A stretch of 64,000 nt of DNA, from the NCBI GenBank assembly GCA_020851555.1, contig JADZCM010000014.1:59636-123635 (forward strand). The letters are read 5' to 3'. The notes beneath the pieces are model-generated. The model saw nothing but the letters and a program-made list of their open reading frames with translations, was not told the DNA's origin and ran no database searches. The translations under genes and the position numbers were made by a program. Of the stretch, positions 17,029 to 26,339 are shown piece after piece. Position 1 is the first letter of the stretch. Every line of letters starts with the position of its first letter. The DNA comes from Bryobacterales bacterium (GTDB lineage Bacteria > Acidobacteriota > Terriglobia > Bryobacterales > Bryobacteraceae).

Positions 17029-18345
17029 CTAAACCTCTTTGTAGTAAGCTCGGCGCTCTTCGTCCATGGCCAGGTTCGCCTGCATGACGCCCACCGAGTT
17101 CACCAGGCCGATGTCCACATCGGCGGCGGGCCGCCGGCCGGTGCGGCAGCAATCGAAGAAGTCCTGGAACTGCGCGATCTCGGTGCTGGGCTCCTCCTGC
17201 TGCACCAGGACCCCGTTCTGCTCCAGCCACAGGTGCGCCCACTTCATGTCCCTTTCGAGCGGCCCGGTCACCATGCTGTTCGGAATCAGGATCGGCAGCC
17301 CTTTCATCTTTTCGAGCGGATTCGGGCCGGCCACGACGGTGTCCATGAGCGGCGATACCTTGGGCGGGGGCTCGTAAAACCACATGCCGGCGGCCGGAGG
17401 CCCGAGCGTGATCTCGATGGCGCCCGCCGTGCCCAGGATCCCCTCTCCGAAGTCGCTCTTCGAGCCTCGAAACAGCGAGAGGTGACCGTTGGTGTTGATG
17501 GACTGGTACATGAACTTCTGGCCCTGAGGATAGTGGAAGATGACCTGGATGTTGTCGTACACCGTTCGGCCGTCGTGGAAGAACTCGTTCCCGCCGATGC
17601 CTATGACGTAGTCGGGATGATCCCCGATCATCCAGTCCGCCGCGTCGAGCTGGTGGCTTCCGCGCTCCGCCATCATGCCCGCCGAGTACTCGCGGAACAG
17701 ACGCCAGGCGGACTCCTTGCCGCGTTTGGGATCGATCTCCATCAGCCAGCCGATCCCCGAGCCGGGATTCCGGTTCCACTGGCCGTTGATGTGAGTCACC
17801 TTGCCGAGTAATCCCCGGTCCACCATCTGCTTGGCGGTCCGGTAGAACCGGCTGTAGCGCCGCTGCAATCCGACCTGGATGACCTGCCCGGCGCGCTCCG
17901 CGGCGAGCTTGCGAAGCTGGCGGACCTCCTCGGGTTTGAACACCAGGACCTTCTCGCAGAATACGTGCTTGCCCGCCAACAGGGCGTCGCGCATGATCGG
18001 GAAGTGCTGGTGCGGCGGCGTGGCGATGATCACCGCCTCGACTTCCTTATCTTCGAGCAGCCGGCGGTGATCGAGATAGCCTCGGGGATTGTTGCCCGCC
18101 GCGGCGATGGCCTTGTCCAGGTGCGGCTGGTAAATGTCGCAGACCGCGACGCACCTTCCGGCGTCTCCCCGGATGGCGCTTCTCAGAAGCACGGCGCCCC
18201 GGTTTCCGACGCCGATGCTTCCGAATCCCACCTGGCCGGCGGCCTGGCGCCCGGCGGAGGCGATGTGAGGCGCGGCGGCGGATGCCGAGGCGGCCGCCGC
18301 GGTCCGGAGCATTTCCCTCCGGGTCGGGTCGGATGGATGTGACAT
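17029..18345 (-). CDS. Gfo/Idh/MocA family oxidoreductase with twin-arginine signal
   Basis: Start at ATG 18345 (MSHPSDPTRREMLRTAAAASASAAA is Tat-like) with GGGAGAG upstream. It has the Rossmann motif FGSIGVGNRG and the EKV motif (HVFCEKV). Confidence 0.85.
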   Translation of the reverse strand: MSHPSDPTRREMLRTAAAASASAAAPHIASAGRQAAGQVGFGSIGVGNRGAVLLRSAIRGDAGRCVAVCDIYQPHLDKAIAAAGNNPRGYLDHRRLLEDKEVEAVIIATPPHQHFPIMRDALLAGKHVFCEKVLVFKPEEVRQLRKLAAERAGQVIQVGLQRRYSRFYRTAKQMVDRGLLGKVTHINGQWNRNPGSGIGWLMEIDPKRGKESAWRLFREYSAGMMAERGSHQLDAADWMIGDHPDYVIGIGGNEFFHDGRTVYDNIQVIFHYPQGQKFMYQSINTNGHLSLFRGSKSDFGEGILGTAGAIEITLGPPAAGMWFYEPPPKVSPLMDTVVAGPNPLEKMKGLPILIPNSMVTGPLERDMKWAHLWLEQNGVLVQQEEPSTEIAQFQDFFDCCRTGRRPAADVDIGLVNSVGVMQANLAMDEERRAYYKEV

Positions 18346-18468
18346 TCGCTCTCCCGATCGAGGATTATAGTCCACACGGGCGGGTTCTTCCACGTCGCGG
18401 TTACAGTCCTCGGCCGGCGTGGTCAACAATGGACAGCGCGGCGGGACTGACGTTCGGCAGGCGGGCGG

Positions 18469-18489
18469 CCGGGGAGCGGCGCTCCCCGG
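18469..18489 (-). terminator. Strong GC hairpin 21 nt downstream of the 18-codon ORF
   Basis: CCGGGGAGC-ggc-GCTCCCCGG is a perfect 9-bp stem. It lies between the stop of the small ORF (18511) and the Gfo/Idh/MocA start (18345). There is no U-tract. Confidence 0.35.
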
Positions 18490-18510
18490 CAACAAATGCG
18501 GTTATGCCTC

Positions 18511-18567
18511 CTACTTCTTCTTCGGGGCCGGTTTCTTGGCTGCTTTCTTCGGCGTCTTACAGGCCAT
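18511..18567 (-). CDS. Candidate small ORF, 18 aa, Lys-rich (MACKTPKKAAKKPAPKKK)
   Basis: ATG at 18567 is preceded by a perfect GGAGGA (18578-18573) with a 5-nt spacer. 8 of 18 codons are Lys. A sigma70-like promoter lies upstream and a hairpin lies downstream. There is no homology evidence. Confidence 0.4.
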   Translation of the reverse strand: MACKTPKKAAKKPAPKKK

Positions 18568-18587
18568 TCGATCCTCCTCAGGCGATG

Positions 18588-18618
18588 AATGTACCACAAG
18601 GCAAACCGTCCATGTCAA
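18588..18618 (-). promoter_or_regulatory. Candidate sigma70-type promoter for the small ORF
   Basis: On the minus strand, TTGACA (18618-18613), then a 19-nt spacer ending in TGg, then TACATT (18593-18588). The -10 lies about 20 nt upstream of the ATG. The spacer is longer than optimal. Confidence 0.3.
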
Positions 18619-18654
18619 TGGCGCTGCGCGCGAGCGCGGTAGAATGAGCGCAGG

Positions 18655-19947
18655 ATGGGTGTCATCTATTCCGCCGGCTCCGCCGCGGCCGAATTGTCCG
18701 GCGACGATCTCCGGAGCGGCCTCTTCGCCGCGTTGAGCGCCCTGGGCGCGCGCCGCAAGGTTCTCTGCCTGCCGCCGGACATCACCCGCCTGCACTCCCG
18801 CGCCGGAGAACTGACCCGGCTGGCGTGGCAATACTACGGCGGCCGGCTGACCGACGTTATGCCCGCCCTCGGTACACACACCCCGATGACCTCCGGGGAG
18901 ATACGGTCGATGTTCGGAGACATGCCGGAGAGCCTGTTCCGGGTGCATGACTGGCGAAACGAATTGGTGACGCTCGGCGAAGTCCCGGCGGCGTTCGTGC
19001 GCGAGCAGTCCGAGGGGAAGCTGAACTTCACCTGGCCGGCGCAGGTAAACCGGTTGCTCGTGGAGGGCGGCCATGACCTGATTCTCTCGATCGGACAGGT
19101 GGTGCCGCACGAAGTGATCGGCATGGCCAACCAGAACAAGAACGTCTTCGTGGGCTGCGGCGGCGCGGAGGGCATCTGCCGCAGCCACTACCTCGGGGCG
19201 GTCTACGGGATGGAGCGGATCATGGGGCGGGCGGACACCCCCGTACGCAGGCTTCTGAACTACGCCTCCGATAATTTCGCGAAGGCATTGCCCATCGTGT
19301 ACGTGCTGACGGTGGTGGGGAGGAGCGATTCGGGCGGTCTGGCGACCCGCGGCCTGTTCGTGGGAGACGACGCCGAATGCTTCGAGCAGGCCGCGGCCCT
19401 GAGCCTGCAAGTCAACTTCAGCATGCTGGAGCGCGAGATCCGGAAGGCCGTGGTTTACCTGGACCCCACCGAGTACCGGAGCACCTGGATCGGCAACAAG
19501 GCCATTTACCGGACGCGCATGGCGCTGGCGGACGGGGGCGAACTGATCATTCTGGCTCCCGGCGTCAAGGAGTTCGGCGAGGATCGCGAGATTGACGTGC
19601 TGATCCGCAGGTACGGCTACCGGGGCACGCCGGCAGTGCTGGATGGCGTCAACCGGAATCCGGACCTGGCGGCGAACCTGAGCGCGGCCGCGCACCTGAT
19701 CCACGGTTCCTCCGAAGGACGCTTCTCGATCACTTACTGTCCCGGACATCTGGCGAAAGAAGAGATCGAGGGCGTGAACTTCCGCTACGCGGATCTTGGA
19801 GCCATGCTGCGGCGGTACAATCCCGCGGAACTCAAGGAGGGGTACAACACCGTCGCGGGCGAAGAGGTCTTCTACATTTCCAACCCGGCGCTCGGCCTCT
19901 GGGCGCACCGGGCGAGGTTCGAACGTTCCGCCGCCTCCGGATCATGA
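18655..19947 (+). CDS. LarA-like / DUF2088-family protein (putative nickel-pincer-type racemase/epimerase relative)
   Basis: 430 aa, which is LarA-sized. MPALGTHTPMTSGEIRSMFG resembles the LarA A-x-G-T-H-R...E motif, and VVPHEVIGMANQNKNVFVGCGG resembles the LarA H...GG.K region, though the Lys context differs. The assignment is from recall only. Confidence 0.5.
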   Translation: MGVIYSAGSAAAELSGDDLRSGLFAALSALGARRKVLCLPPDITRLHSRAGELTRLAWQYYGGRLTDVMPALGTHTPMTSGEIRSMFGDMPESLFRVHDWRNELVTLGEVPAAFVREQSEGKLNFTWPAQVNRLLVEGGHDLILSIGQVVPHEVIGMANQNKNVFVGCGGAEGICRSHYLGAVYGMERIMGRADTPVRRLLNYASDNFAKALPIVYVLTVVGRSDSGGLATRGLFVGDDAECFEQAAALSLQVNFSMLEREIRKAVVYLDPTEYRSTWIGNKAIYRTRMALADGGELIILAPGVKEFGEDREIDVLIRRYGYRGTPAVLDGVNRNPDLAANLSAAAHLIHGSSEGRFSITYCPGHLAKEEIEGVNFRYADLGAMLRRYNPAELKEGYNTVAGEEVFYISNPALGLWAHRARFERSAASGS

Positions 19948-21518
19948 GCGAGGGACAGCCAGCGAAGAAGGCCTTTGCCCGCCCCCCGGCGGGCGCCGTC
20001 AAGCCGGCGTCCGGCGCGCCGGAGGAGCGCCTGGATTCCTGGAAGGAGATCGCCGGCTACCTGCGCCGCGGAACCCGGACGGTCCAGCGCTGGGAGAGAG
20101 AGGAAGGGCTCCCCGTGCATCGCCTTCAGCACGACAAGCTGGGCTCCGTGTACGCCTTCAGATCGGAGCTGGACGCGTGGTGGCGAAGCCGGGGCGCGGT
20201 GATGCCCGGCGACACGTCTTGGCAGACGGACCCGGGCCCCTCGGTGGCCGTGCTGCCGTTCGCCGATTTGAGCCGTGAGAAGGACCAGGGGTACTTCTGC
20301 GACGGGGTGGCCGAGGAGATTATCAACGCGCTCAACGCGCTCCAGGATCTGCGCGTCGCCAGCCGCACCTCCGCGTTCCGCTTCAGGGACTGCCAGGAGG
20401 ATCCGCGCGAGATCGGGCGCCGGCTGCGGGTGCGCCACCTGCTGGAAGGAAGCGTTCGCAAGGCTGACGGCCGTCTGCGCGTCTCGGTGCGGCTGAACAA
20501 CACCGCGGATGGTTACCAGGTCTGGTCGGAGACGTACGACCGGGAGATGACGGACATATTCGCGCTTCAGGAGGAGATCGCGCGGTGCGTGGCGCATGCG
20601 CTGGAAGTGACGCTGACACCCGCCGAGAGAGACGCGCTCGGCAAGCCTTCCACCCGGGATCTCCAGGCCTACGACTACTATCTGCGCGGGCGGAGCTTCT
20701 ACTACCGCTACGCCCCGCGGGACGTTGAATACGCCAGGGAGCTGTTCACACGGGCGATCGAGAGGGACGCGCGGTACGCCATGGCGTGGGCCGGGCTGGC
20801 GGACTGCTGGTCCTACCTGTACCTCTATGCGGGCCGGAAGGAGGCCGCGCGCCTGGAGGCGGATCGCGCCAGCGAGCATGCCATCGAGCTCGGTCCGGAG
20901 TCGGCGCAGGCGCACGCCTCGCGGGCTCTGGCGCTTTCTCTGAACGAGAAGGATGAGGAGGCGGAGCAGGAGTTCGAGCAGGCTATCCGGCTCGACCCGG
21001 ATCTGTTCGAGGCCCGGTACTTCTACGCGCGGCACTCCTTCGTCCACGGCCAGCGGGAGAAAGCCGTGCGCCTTTACGAGGAGGCCATGCGCATCCGCCC
21101 CGAGGACTACCAGGCGCCGCTGCTGGTCGCACAGAGCTACGACGACCTCGGGCGTCCCGAGGCGGCGGCCGCCGCCCGGCGCCTGGGGATTGAACGCGCC
21201 GAGCAGCACCTCAAGCTGAACCCGGACGACGCCCGGGCGCTCTACATGGCAGCCAACGGCATGGCAGCCCTGGGGGAAAAGCAGCGCGCCCAGGCGTGGG
21301 CCGGCCGCGCGCTCAAGGCGAGACCCGACGATCCGATGCTGCTCTACAACCTGGGCTGCGTCTTCTCGCTTCTGGGTTGTGCCGACGAAGCCCTGTCGTG
21401 TCTGGAGAAGGGCGTTGAGCTGGGCGTCGCCGAGAGAGGCTGGTATGCGCACGACAGCAACCTGGACCCGCTCCGCCAGCACCCCCGTTTCCAGGCCCTG
21501 CTAACCCGGCTCGCCTGA
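19944..21518 (+). CDS. HTH (excisionase/MerR-like) - TolB_N-like - TPR repeat protein
   Basis: The ATGA overlap with the preceding stop suggests coupling. The N-terminus DSWKEIAGYLRRGTRTVQRWEREEGLPVHRL is an HTH. It is followed by SVAVLPFADLSREKDQGYFCDGVAEEIINAL and then multiple TPR-like repeats (YYLRGRSFY, WAGLADCW, ...). Confidence 0.7.
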   Translation: MSEGQPAKKAFARPPAGAVKPASGAPEERLDSWKEIAGYLRRGTRTVQRWEREEGLPVHRLQHDKLGSVYAFRSELDAWWRSRGAVMPGDTSWQTDPGPSVAVLPFADLSREKDQGYFCDGVAEEIINALNALQDLRVASRTSAFRFRDCQEDPREIGRRLRVRHLLEGSVRKADGRLRVSVRLNNTADGYQVWSETYDREMTDIFALQEEIARCVAHALEVTLTPAERDALGKPSTRDLQAYDYYLRGRSFYYRYAPRDVEYARELFTRAIERDARYAMAWAGLADCWSYLYLYAGRKEAARLEADRASEHAIELGPESAQAHASRALALSLNEKDEEAEQEFEQAIRLDPDLFEARYFYARHSFVHGQREKAVRLYEEAMRIRPEDYQAPLLVAQSYDDLGRPEAAAAARRLGIERAEQHLKLNPDDARALYMAANGMAALGEKQRAQAWAGRALKARPDDPMLLYNLGCVFSLLGCADEALSCLEKGVELGVAERGWYAHDSNLDPLRQHPRFQALLTRLA

Positions 21519-21679
21519 CACGGGAACCAGGCCGGCGAATCCGGAGACTTCCCGGCTCACGTCAAAGTGCGCCATTGCGCGCCGCAGAGTGGGCGGCGCA
21601 CCGTAACGTCTTCCCCAATCCCCAGCCGCACCGTATAAAGGGTGTGGACACGGAAAGGTCCACAGAAGGAGAAGACGAA

Positions 21680-22024
21680 ATGAAGAGACTGACGCTGGCG
21701 GCTTTACTGGTGACCCTGACGCTGGGAAGCGCCTGGGCCAAGAGCTACGAGGTGAACCTTTACCAGCCGGCCGTGGTGGCGGGCGCCGAATTGAAGGCCG
21801 GGACGTACCGGCTCACCCTGGACGGCACACAGATGACGCTCTCCAACGGCATAAATTCGGTGCGATGCGAGGTCAAGGTGGAAAGCGTGGCCGGGAAACA
21901 CAAGCGCTCCTCGCTCCGGCTGGAAGCCGAGAACGGGAAGTACCGGCTGGTGGAGATCCGGCTGCGCGGCACGGACACCAGGCTGATGCCGGCGCAGCCC
22001 GCCGGCGCGGCAGGGGGACGGTGA
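21680..22024 (+). CDS. Small secreted hypothetical protein
   Basis: ATG 21680 follows AAGGAG. MKRLTLAALLVTLTLGSAWA is a clear signal peptide, and the remaining roughly 95 aa are beta-rich. Confidence 0.6.
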   Translation: MKRLTLAALLVTLTLGSAWAKSYEVNLYQPAVVAGAELKAGTYRLTLDGTQMTLSNGINSVRCEVKVESVAGKHKRSSLRLEAENGKYRLVEIRLRGTDTRLMPAQPAGAAGGR

Positions 22025-22109
22025 GCGGAGTCCCGTGGAGACCAAAGCCCGGACACCGCGCGGAACATGCCGCGGCGTCCGGGCCGGTTCATCCGGTCAC
22101 TTCCCTCGA

Positions 22110-25100
22110 TCAGAAGTAGAACTTCAGAGCGATCTGGATGTTACGCGGCGTGCGCACGCCGCTCAGAGCGCCGAAGCCGAAGCGCCCGCCGCCGCCGCCC
22201 ACCAGGCTCGACAGGTTCGTGATCCTGCCCGTGCCGTCATTGGCGAACGTCGGGTTGTTGGCGAACGCGTTCCACTGCGTGTGGTTCCAGGCGTTGTACG
22301 TCTCGAAGCGAAGCTGGAAGTAGCGATCTTCGCTGCCGCCCACCGGGATCTTCTTGTATAGGGAAAGATCCCAGTTGTTGACGCCGGGCCCGCGGAACGG
22401 GCGGACCGCCGATTCCATCCCCAGGCTGCCCTTCCCCGCGGGAGCGAAACAGGAAGTATCGATGAACGCCCCCAGCGTGCGGCTGCCGCCCGACAGGTTC
22501 GGGTTGCAGGTGATCAAGGGACGAGGCGACCATCCCTCCGAACCGGTTATGCGCCGGTTCAGGGTGGTCGCTCCGACGCCCTGGACGGCGTAGCGGCCGA
22601 CATCGCTCTGGGCGGTTGTTTGGGCAACCACCTGCGGAGCGCCGGATGTCAGGCTGGTGATGCCCGAGACCTCCCAGCCATTCAGAACGGCTTTGAAGAC
22701 CGGGTGGGCGAGCGCCGAACCATCCCGCGCGATGCGCGGCACGTTATAGATGTAGTTGACGACCAGTGACTGGGTGCGGTCGTAGGTCAGCAAGCCGTAG
22801 TCGGCCTTGCGGTGATCGACGAAGTTGCCCGCGAACTGGAAGTCGGTGTCGGTCCCGAGGGTCTTGGACCAGGTGTAGTTGACGCCGACAGTGAGGTCGG
22901 ACATGCGCCGGTTCAAGGAGATTTGCAGCCCGTTGTAGCTGGAGCTGCTCCCGAAGGTCGCGATGAACCCGCCGCCGCCCAGGCCGGACTGCGCCACGGC
23001 CGTGCCGCCGCCCGCGTAACCGGTGTACGGGCGCAGGAAGTCAACCGGCATGGCGTTGTCGCCGGTCAGATTGCCCGCGGCCTTGGCCGGGTCCTGGTTC
23101 TGCGGCAGCCAGGCGCTCCCGAACGGCGCTTCATTGAACGGATAGCGGGCGAGGCCGTGCCGTGTCTGCGTGCCGACGTAGCCCACATCCAGCAGGAAAT
23201 GCAGCGGAAGTTCGCGCTGAACGCTCAGATTGTAGTTGTAGACGGTCGGGATCTTGCCTTCGGGCGAGAGCCCGGCGACGTTGAGCGGGAACAGATTCTG
23301 GGAAGCGGATCCCAGGTTGCTCAGGTTGCCGTAGTACAGCTTGGGCGTTACGATCCCCGGCGGGTAGTTGATCTGGTTGAAGATCATGTTCCCCTGGATA
23401 CGCTCGTAGAACACGCCGCCCCCCAGACGAACCACGGTCTTGGTGCCGGGGCCCGCGGGAGTCCAGGCCAGGCCGAAACGGGGTCCGAGAAGCACTCCCT
23501 GGCGCTGCACCATCCCCCGCTCCACGCCGTTTTCGCCGCCCACCACCATGCCGTTGAACGGATCGCCCGAGCCGGGCGCGATCGCTCCGATGAGAGCCGC
23601 CGGCCCGGTCTGCCCGGTAAGCGGATTCAAGGACGACCGGACGCCGCCCACCAGCGTGGGCTGGTACAACTGCACTCTCTGGGCGGCGGTGTAGTTGGCG
23701 AGCCTCAGGCTGGATACCTGCTTCTTCTCGTCGTACCAGGGGCCGAGGATGCTGAAGCGCACGCCGAAGTCAACCGTCAGGTTGGGCCGCACTCTCCAGT
23801 TGTCCTGCCCGTACCACTCCACGGTGTGGTAGCGGTAGTAGCCCTTGCGGTAGGTGCTGGACTGCTCGTAAGTCAGGTAGTTGCCGAGCAGCGCGTTGGA
23901 AAACGCCCAGCCGGTGTCGCCGGGGTTGGCGGTGTCGCGGCTGAAGTCGATGCGCCCGTTGTTGACGATGGTGGCCGTCTGGCGCTTGAAGCTGGTCTCG
24001 TAAGAGAAGCCGAACTTCAGCGTGTGGTTGGCCGTCACCTTGGCCACGTTGTCCACGACGTTGTTGGTGATGTTCTCGTTGTCGTACGGCATCCCGCCGA
24101 TGTACATGGTGGGAGGATTCGTTACCCCGCCGAAGGTCATGTTGGGAATCTGGCCGAGCGGGTCGGCGTTGGGGTAGAGCGCGGGCACGTTCACGCCGGA
24201 GTTCTTGCGCAGGTACTTGCTGTCATCCTCGATGACGTTCGGCAGCCAGTTGCGCGTGTTGCCGTAGTTGACCTCGTTGGTCAGGGTCGGGCTGATGATG
24301 GTCGTGACGGTCCCCGAGGAACCGATGCCGCCCGTCTGGGCATGGAACGGCGAGAGCCCGATCTGGTTGTTCACGTTCAACCCGGCGGACTGCAACGCGT
24401 CGCGCTTGTTGAGGTTCAGCCGGCCGGCAGCCTTCCAATTGGTGGAGATGTTCCAGTCGCCCCGGAAGTTCATGTCATCCCGCTTGTCCGAGCCGGCGAA
24501 CTGATACTGGTAGTTGTAAGCGTTATCCACGCCGATCCGGTTCGGTTCGGGGAAGAAGTTCAGGAGTTCCTGGCCGAACTTGTTGATTCGCGACGTGGGA
24601 ATGATGTTGCCGGAGAAGGGCTGGCCGGTCGTCGGGTCCTTGATGGTGACGGGCCTGCCGTTTTCCTGGGTCTTCGTGAAGTCGCCCAGCCGCTCTTCCT
24701 TCGTCGGCATGGTGCGGCTCTGCAAGGCGTCGAACAGGCGCGGGCGCTGGAACTCGAAGTTCGTGAAGAAGAACAGCTTGTCCTTGCTGGTGTTGAACTT
24801 GCCGGGTATGTAAGCAGGTCCGCCGACCTGGAAGCCCTGCGTGCGATTCCGGTTGCGGGCGCGGGCCAGTCCGTTGAAGTTGTTGGTCCACGAGTTGGCG
24901 TTCATCCACTCGTTCCGTAGGAAGATGTAGGCGCCGCCGTGAAAGTCCTTGGTCCCGCCCTTGGTCACCATCACGATGTTGGCGCCGGCGGCGCGGCCGA
25001 ATTCCGCCTGCTGGCCGTTGGTGACCACGCGGAACTCCGCGATGATGTCGCTGTTCAACCGCAGCGGCGTATAGCTGTTGTTTCCGACGTCCTGGTTGGT

Positions 25101-25661
25101 GGTGCCGTCCACCTGCATGGCGTTCTGGTCCGTGCGGAGACCGTTGGCGTTGTTGGTGTCGGGGTTGAATCCCGCGACCGTCTTGAGCAGGTCGGTGTAC
25201 GAGCGGCCCGAGGATGCCAGGTCGACGATCTGGCTGGTGGTAATGGTGCCGGAACGCTCGGCGCTCACCGTCTGAAGCGTGACCGAGCTCGCTTCGACCG
25301 TGATGGACTCGCCTACCGCGCCCAGTTCGAGCACAATCGGCGGCAGCCCTACGCGCTCAAGCGCGGACAGCCTGACGTCCGTCTTCGTGTATTTCTTGAA
25401 CCCGCCCTTCTCGACGGTGACCGTATAGATGCCCGGAGGCACCGGGGTGACGACGAAGGTGCCTTCCGCGCTGGTTTCCAATTGGCGGAACGTGGCGCCT
25501 TGCGCCTGGTTGATCACCGTAACGCTGGCGCCGGGCACGACCGCTCCCTGGCCGTCCTGGACCACGCCGGTGATCATGCCTGTCGTCTGCTGGGCTGCCG
25601 CGGGCAAAAGGCCCAACAGCAATCCAACCAGCAACAGGCTGCTGCTGACTCTCATGCGCAT
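22110..25661 (-). CDS. TonB-dependent receptor with N-terminal carboxypeptidase-regulatory-like domain
   Basis: Start MRMRVSSSLLLVGLLLGLLPAAAQQ. The CarboxypepD_reg block is GMITGVVQDGQGAVVPGASVTVIN...GIYTVTVEKGGFKKY. A long beta-barrel follows, ending ...NIQIALKFYF (terminal aromatic). This architecture is typical of Acidobacteriota. Confidence 0.85.
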   Translation of the reverse strand: MRMRVSSSLLLVGLLLGLLPAAAQQTTGMITGVVQDGQGAVVPGASVTVINQAQGATFRQLETSAEGTFVVTPVPPGIYTVTVEKGGFKKYTKTDVRLSALERVGLPPIVLELGAVGESITVEASSVTLQTVSAERSGTITTSQIVDLASSGRSYTDLLKTVAGFNPDTNNANGLRTDQNAMQVDGTTNQDVGNNSYTPLRLNSDIIAEFRVVTNGQQAEFGRAAGANIVMVTKGGTKDFHGGAYIFLRNEWMNANSWTNNFNGLARARNRNRTQGFQVGGPAYIPGKFNTSKDKLFFFTNFEFQRPRLFDALQSRTMPTKEERLGDFTKTQENGRPVTIKDPTTGQPFSGNIIPTSRINKFGQELLNFFPEPNRIGVDNAYNYQYQFAGSDKRDDMNFRGDWNISTNWKAAGRLNLNKRDALQSAGLNVNNQIGLSPFHAQTGGIGSSGTVTTIISPTLTNEVNYGNTRNWLPNVIEDDSKYLRKNSGVNVPALYPNADPLGQIPNMTFGGVTNPPTMYIGGMPYDNENITNNVVDNVAKVTANHTLKFGFSYETSFKRQTATIVNNGRIDFSRDTANPGDTGWAFSNALLGNYLTYEQSSTYRKGYYRYHTVEWYGQDNWRVRPNLTVDFGVRFSILGPWYDEKKQVSSLRLANYTAAQRVQLYQPTLVGGVRSSLNPLTGQTGPAALIGAIAPGSGDPFNGMVVGGENGVERGMVQRQGVLLGPRFGLAWTPAGPGTKTVVRLGGGVFYERIQGNMIFNQINYPPGIVTPKLYYGNLSNLGSASQNLFPLNVAGLSPEGKIPTVYNYNLSVQRELPLHFLLDVGYVGTQTRHGLARYPFNEAPFGSAWLPQNQDPAKAAGNLTGDNAMPVDFLRPYTGYAGGGTAVAQSGLGGGGFIATFGSSSSYNGLQISLNRRMSDLTVGVNYTWSKTLGTDTDFQFAGNFVDHRKADYGLLTYDRTQSLVVNYIYNVPRIARDGSALAHPVFKAVLNGWEVSGITSLTSGAPQVVAQTTAQSDVGRYAVQGVGATTLNRRITGSEGWSPRPLITCNPNLSGGSRTLGAFIDTSCFAPAGKGSLGMESAVRPFRGPGVNNWDLSLYKKIPVGGSEDRYFQLRFETYNAWNHTQWNAFANNPTFANDGTGRITNLSSLVGGGGGRFGFGALSGVRTPRNIQIALKFYF

Positions 25662-25925
25662 ACTGTGAATTGACTCCTGTCTTGTTGGCCTACTGGATTT
25701 CATTCGCTCGCTGGACAGAGGAAGAGCGCCCAAGGACACTCATTCACCGCGCCTGGCACGTTTCCCCTGAAACAGCTTGGCTCCATTCTACACCCGGGCG
25801 GCAGAGCTGTAAAGATATGATTCCGCAACCTTAACGCAGGTTAACGACAGCGTGCCAAGGGCGAAGGCGAATGCGTCTCAAAGCGATCCCGGCAGGCCGC
25901 GGGTGCGCTCTGCTAAAATGCCCGC

Positions 25926-26276
25926 ATGGACATTCTTACCTGGAACAGCCTCAAAGAAGACGTGATGAACCCGCTGGCGGGACGCCGGGCTCTGCACGCC
26001 CAGAACATGACGGTGGCCCGTTTCCGGTTCGACAAAGGGAACAAGGTCGCCATGCACCACCACATCAACGACCAGGTGACCATGGTTCAGTCGGGCGCGG
26101 TCCGCATGACCTGCGGTGATGAGACTTTCGAACTCAAGGCCGGGGAGTTCGTGCACGTGCCGCCGGACGTCCCGCACGGGAATGAAGCGCTGGAAGACAC
26201 GGTCATCATAGAGATCTTCTCGCCGCGGCGCGAAGATTGGATCACCGGCGACGATTCGTACCTGAGACAGAAGTAG
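25926..26276 (+). CDS. Cupin domain protein
   Basis: 116 aa. The cupin motifs are HHHINDQVTMVQSG ... GEFVHVPPDVPHG. Confidence 0.8.
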   Translation: MDILTWNSLKEDVMNPLAGRRALHAQNMTVARFRFDKGNKVAMHHHINDQVTMVQSGAVRMTCGDETFELKAGEFVHVPPDVPHGNEALEDTVIIEIFSPRREDWITGDDSYLRQK

Positions 26277-26287
26277 CCGCAGGGCAC

Positions 26288-26339
26288 GCCCGGCGGCCGC
26301 CGGGCAGCCCGTGATTTCGGGGCCGGGTGCGCCCGGCCC
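26288..26339. terminator. Two GC hairpins between convergent cupin and transketolase-family genes
   Basis: GCCCGGCGGCCGCCGGGC (26288-26305) is a perfect 18-nt palindrome. GGGCCGGG-tgcg-CCCGGCCC (26320-26339) directly abuts the TAA of the minus-strand gene. Confidence 0.4.

Noticed and set aside
17024-17779. N-terminal 250-aa extension of the SMP-30 ORF (559-aa version); likewise the 41041-41439 extension of the M16 ORF and the 18346-18495 extension of the Gfo/Idh/MocA ORF
   Set aside because: These extensions overlap the upstream genes out of frame and are Arg/Gly/His-rich. Internal ATGs are followed by proper signal peptides and preceded by SD-like sequences.
18511-21482. 465-aa and 536-aa minus-strand ORFs opposite the LarA-like and HTH-TPR genes
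   Set aside because: These are antisense artefacts. Only the last 18 codons of the first ORF (18511-18567), which have their own SD and ATG, are retained as a candidate small ORF.
22812-24920. 702-aa plus-strand ORF inside the TonB-dependent receptor locus
   Set aside because: It is antisense to a receptor with clear signal, CarboxypepD_reg and C-terminal barrel motifs. The translated sequence is low-complexity (V/G/A/R/D) without motifs.
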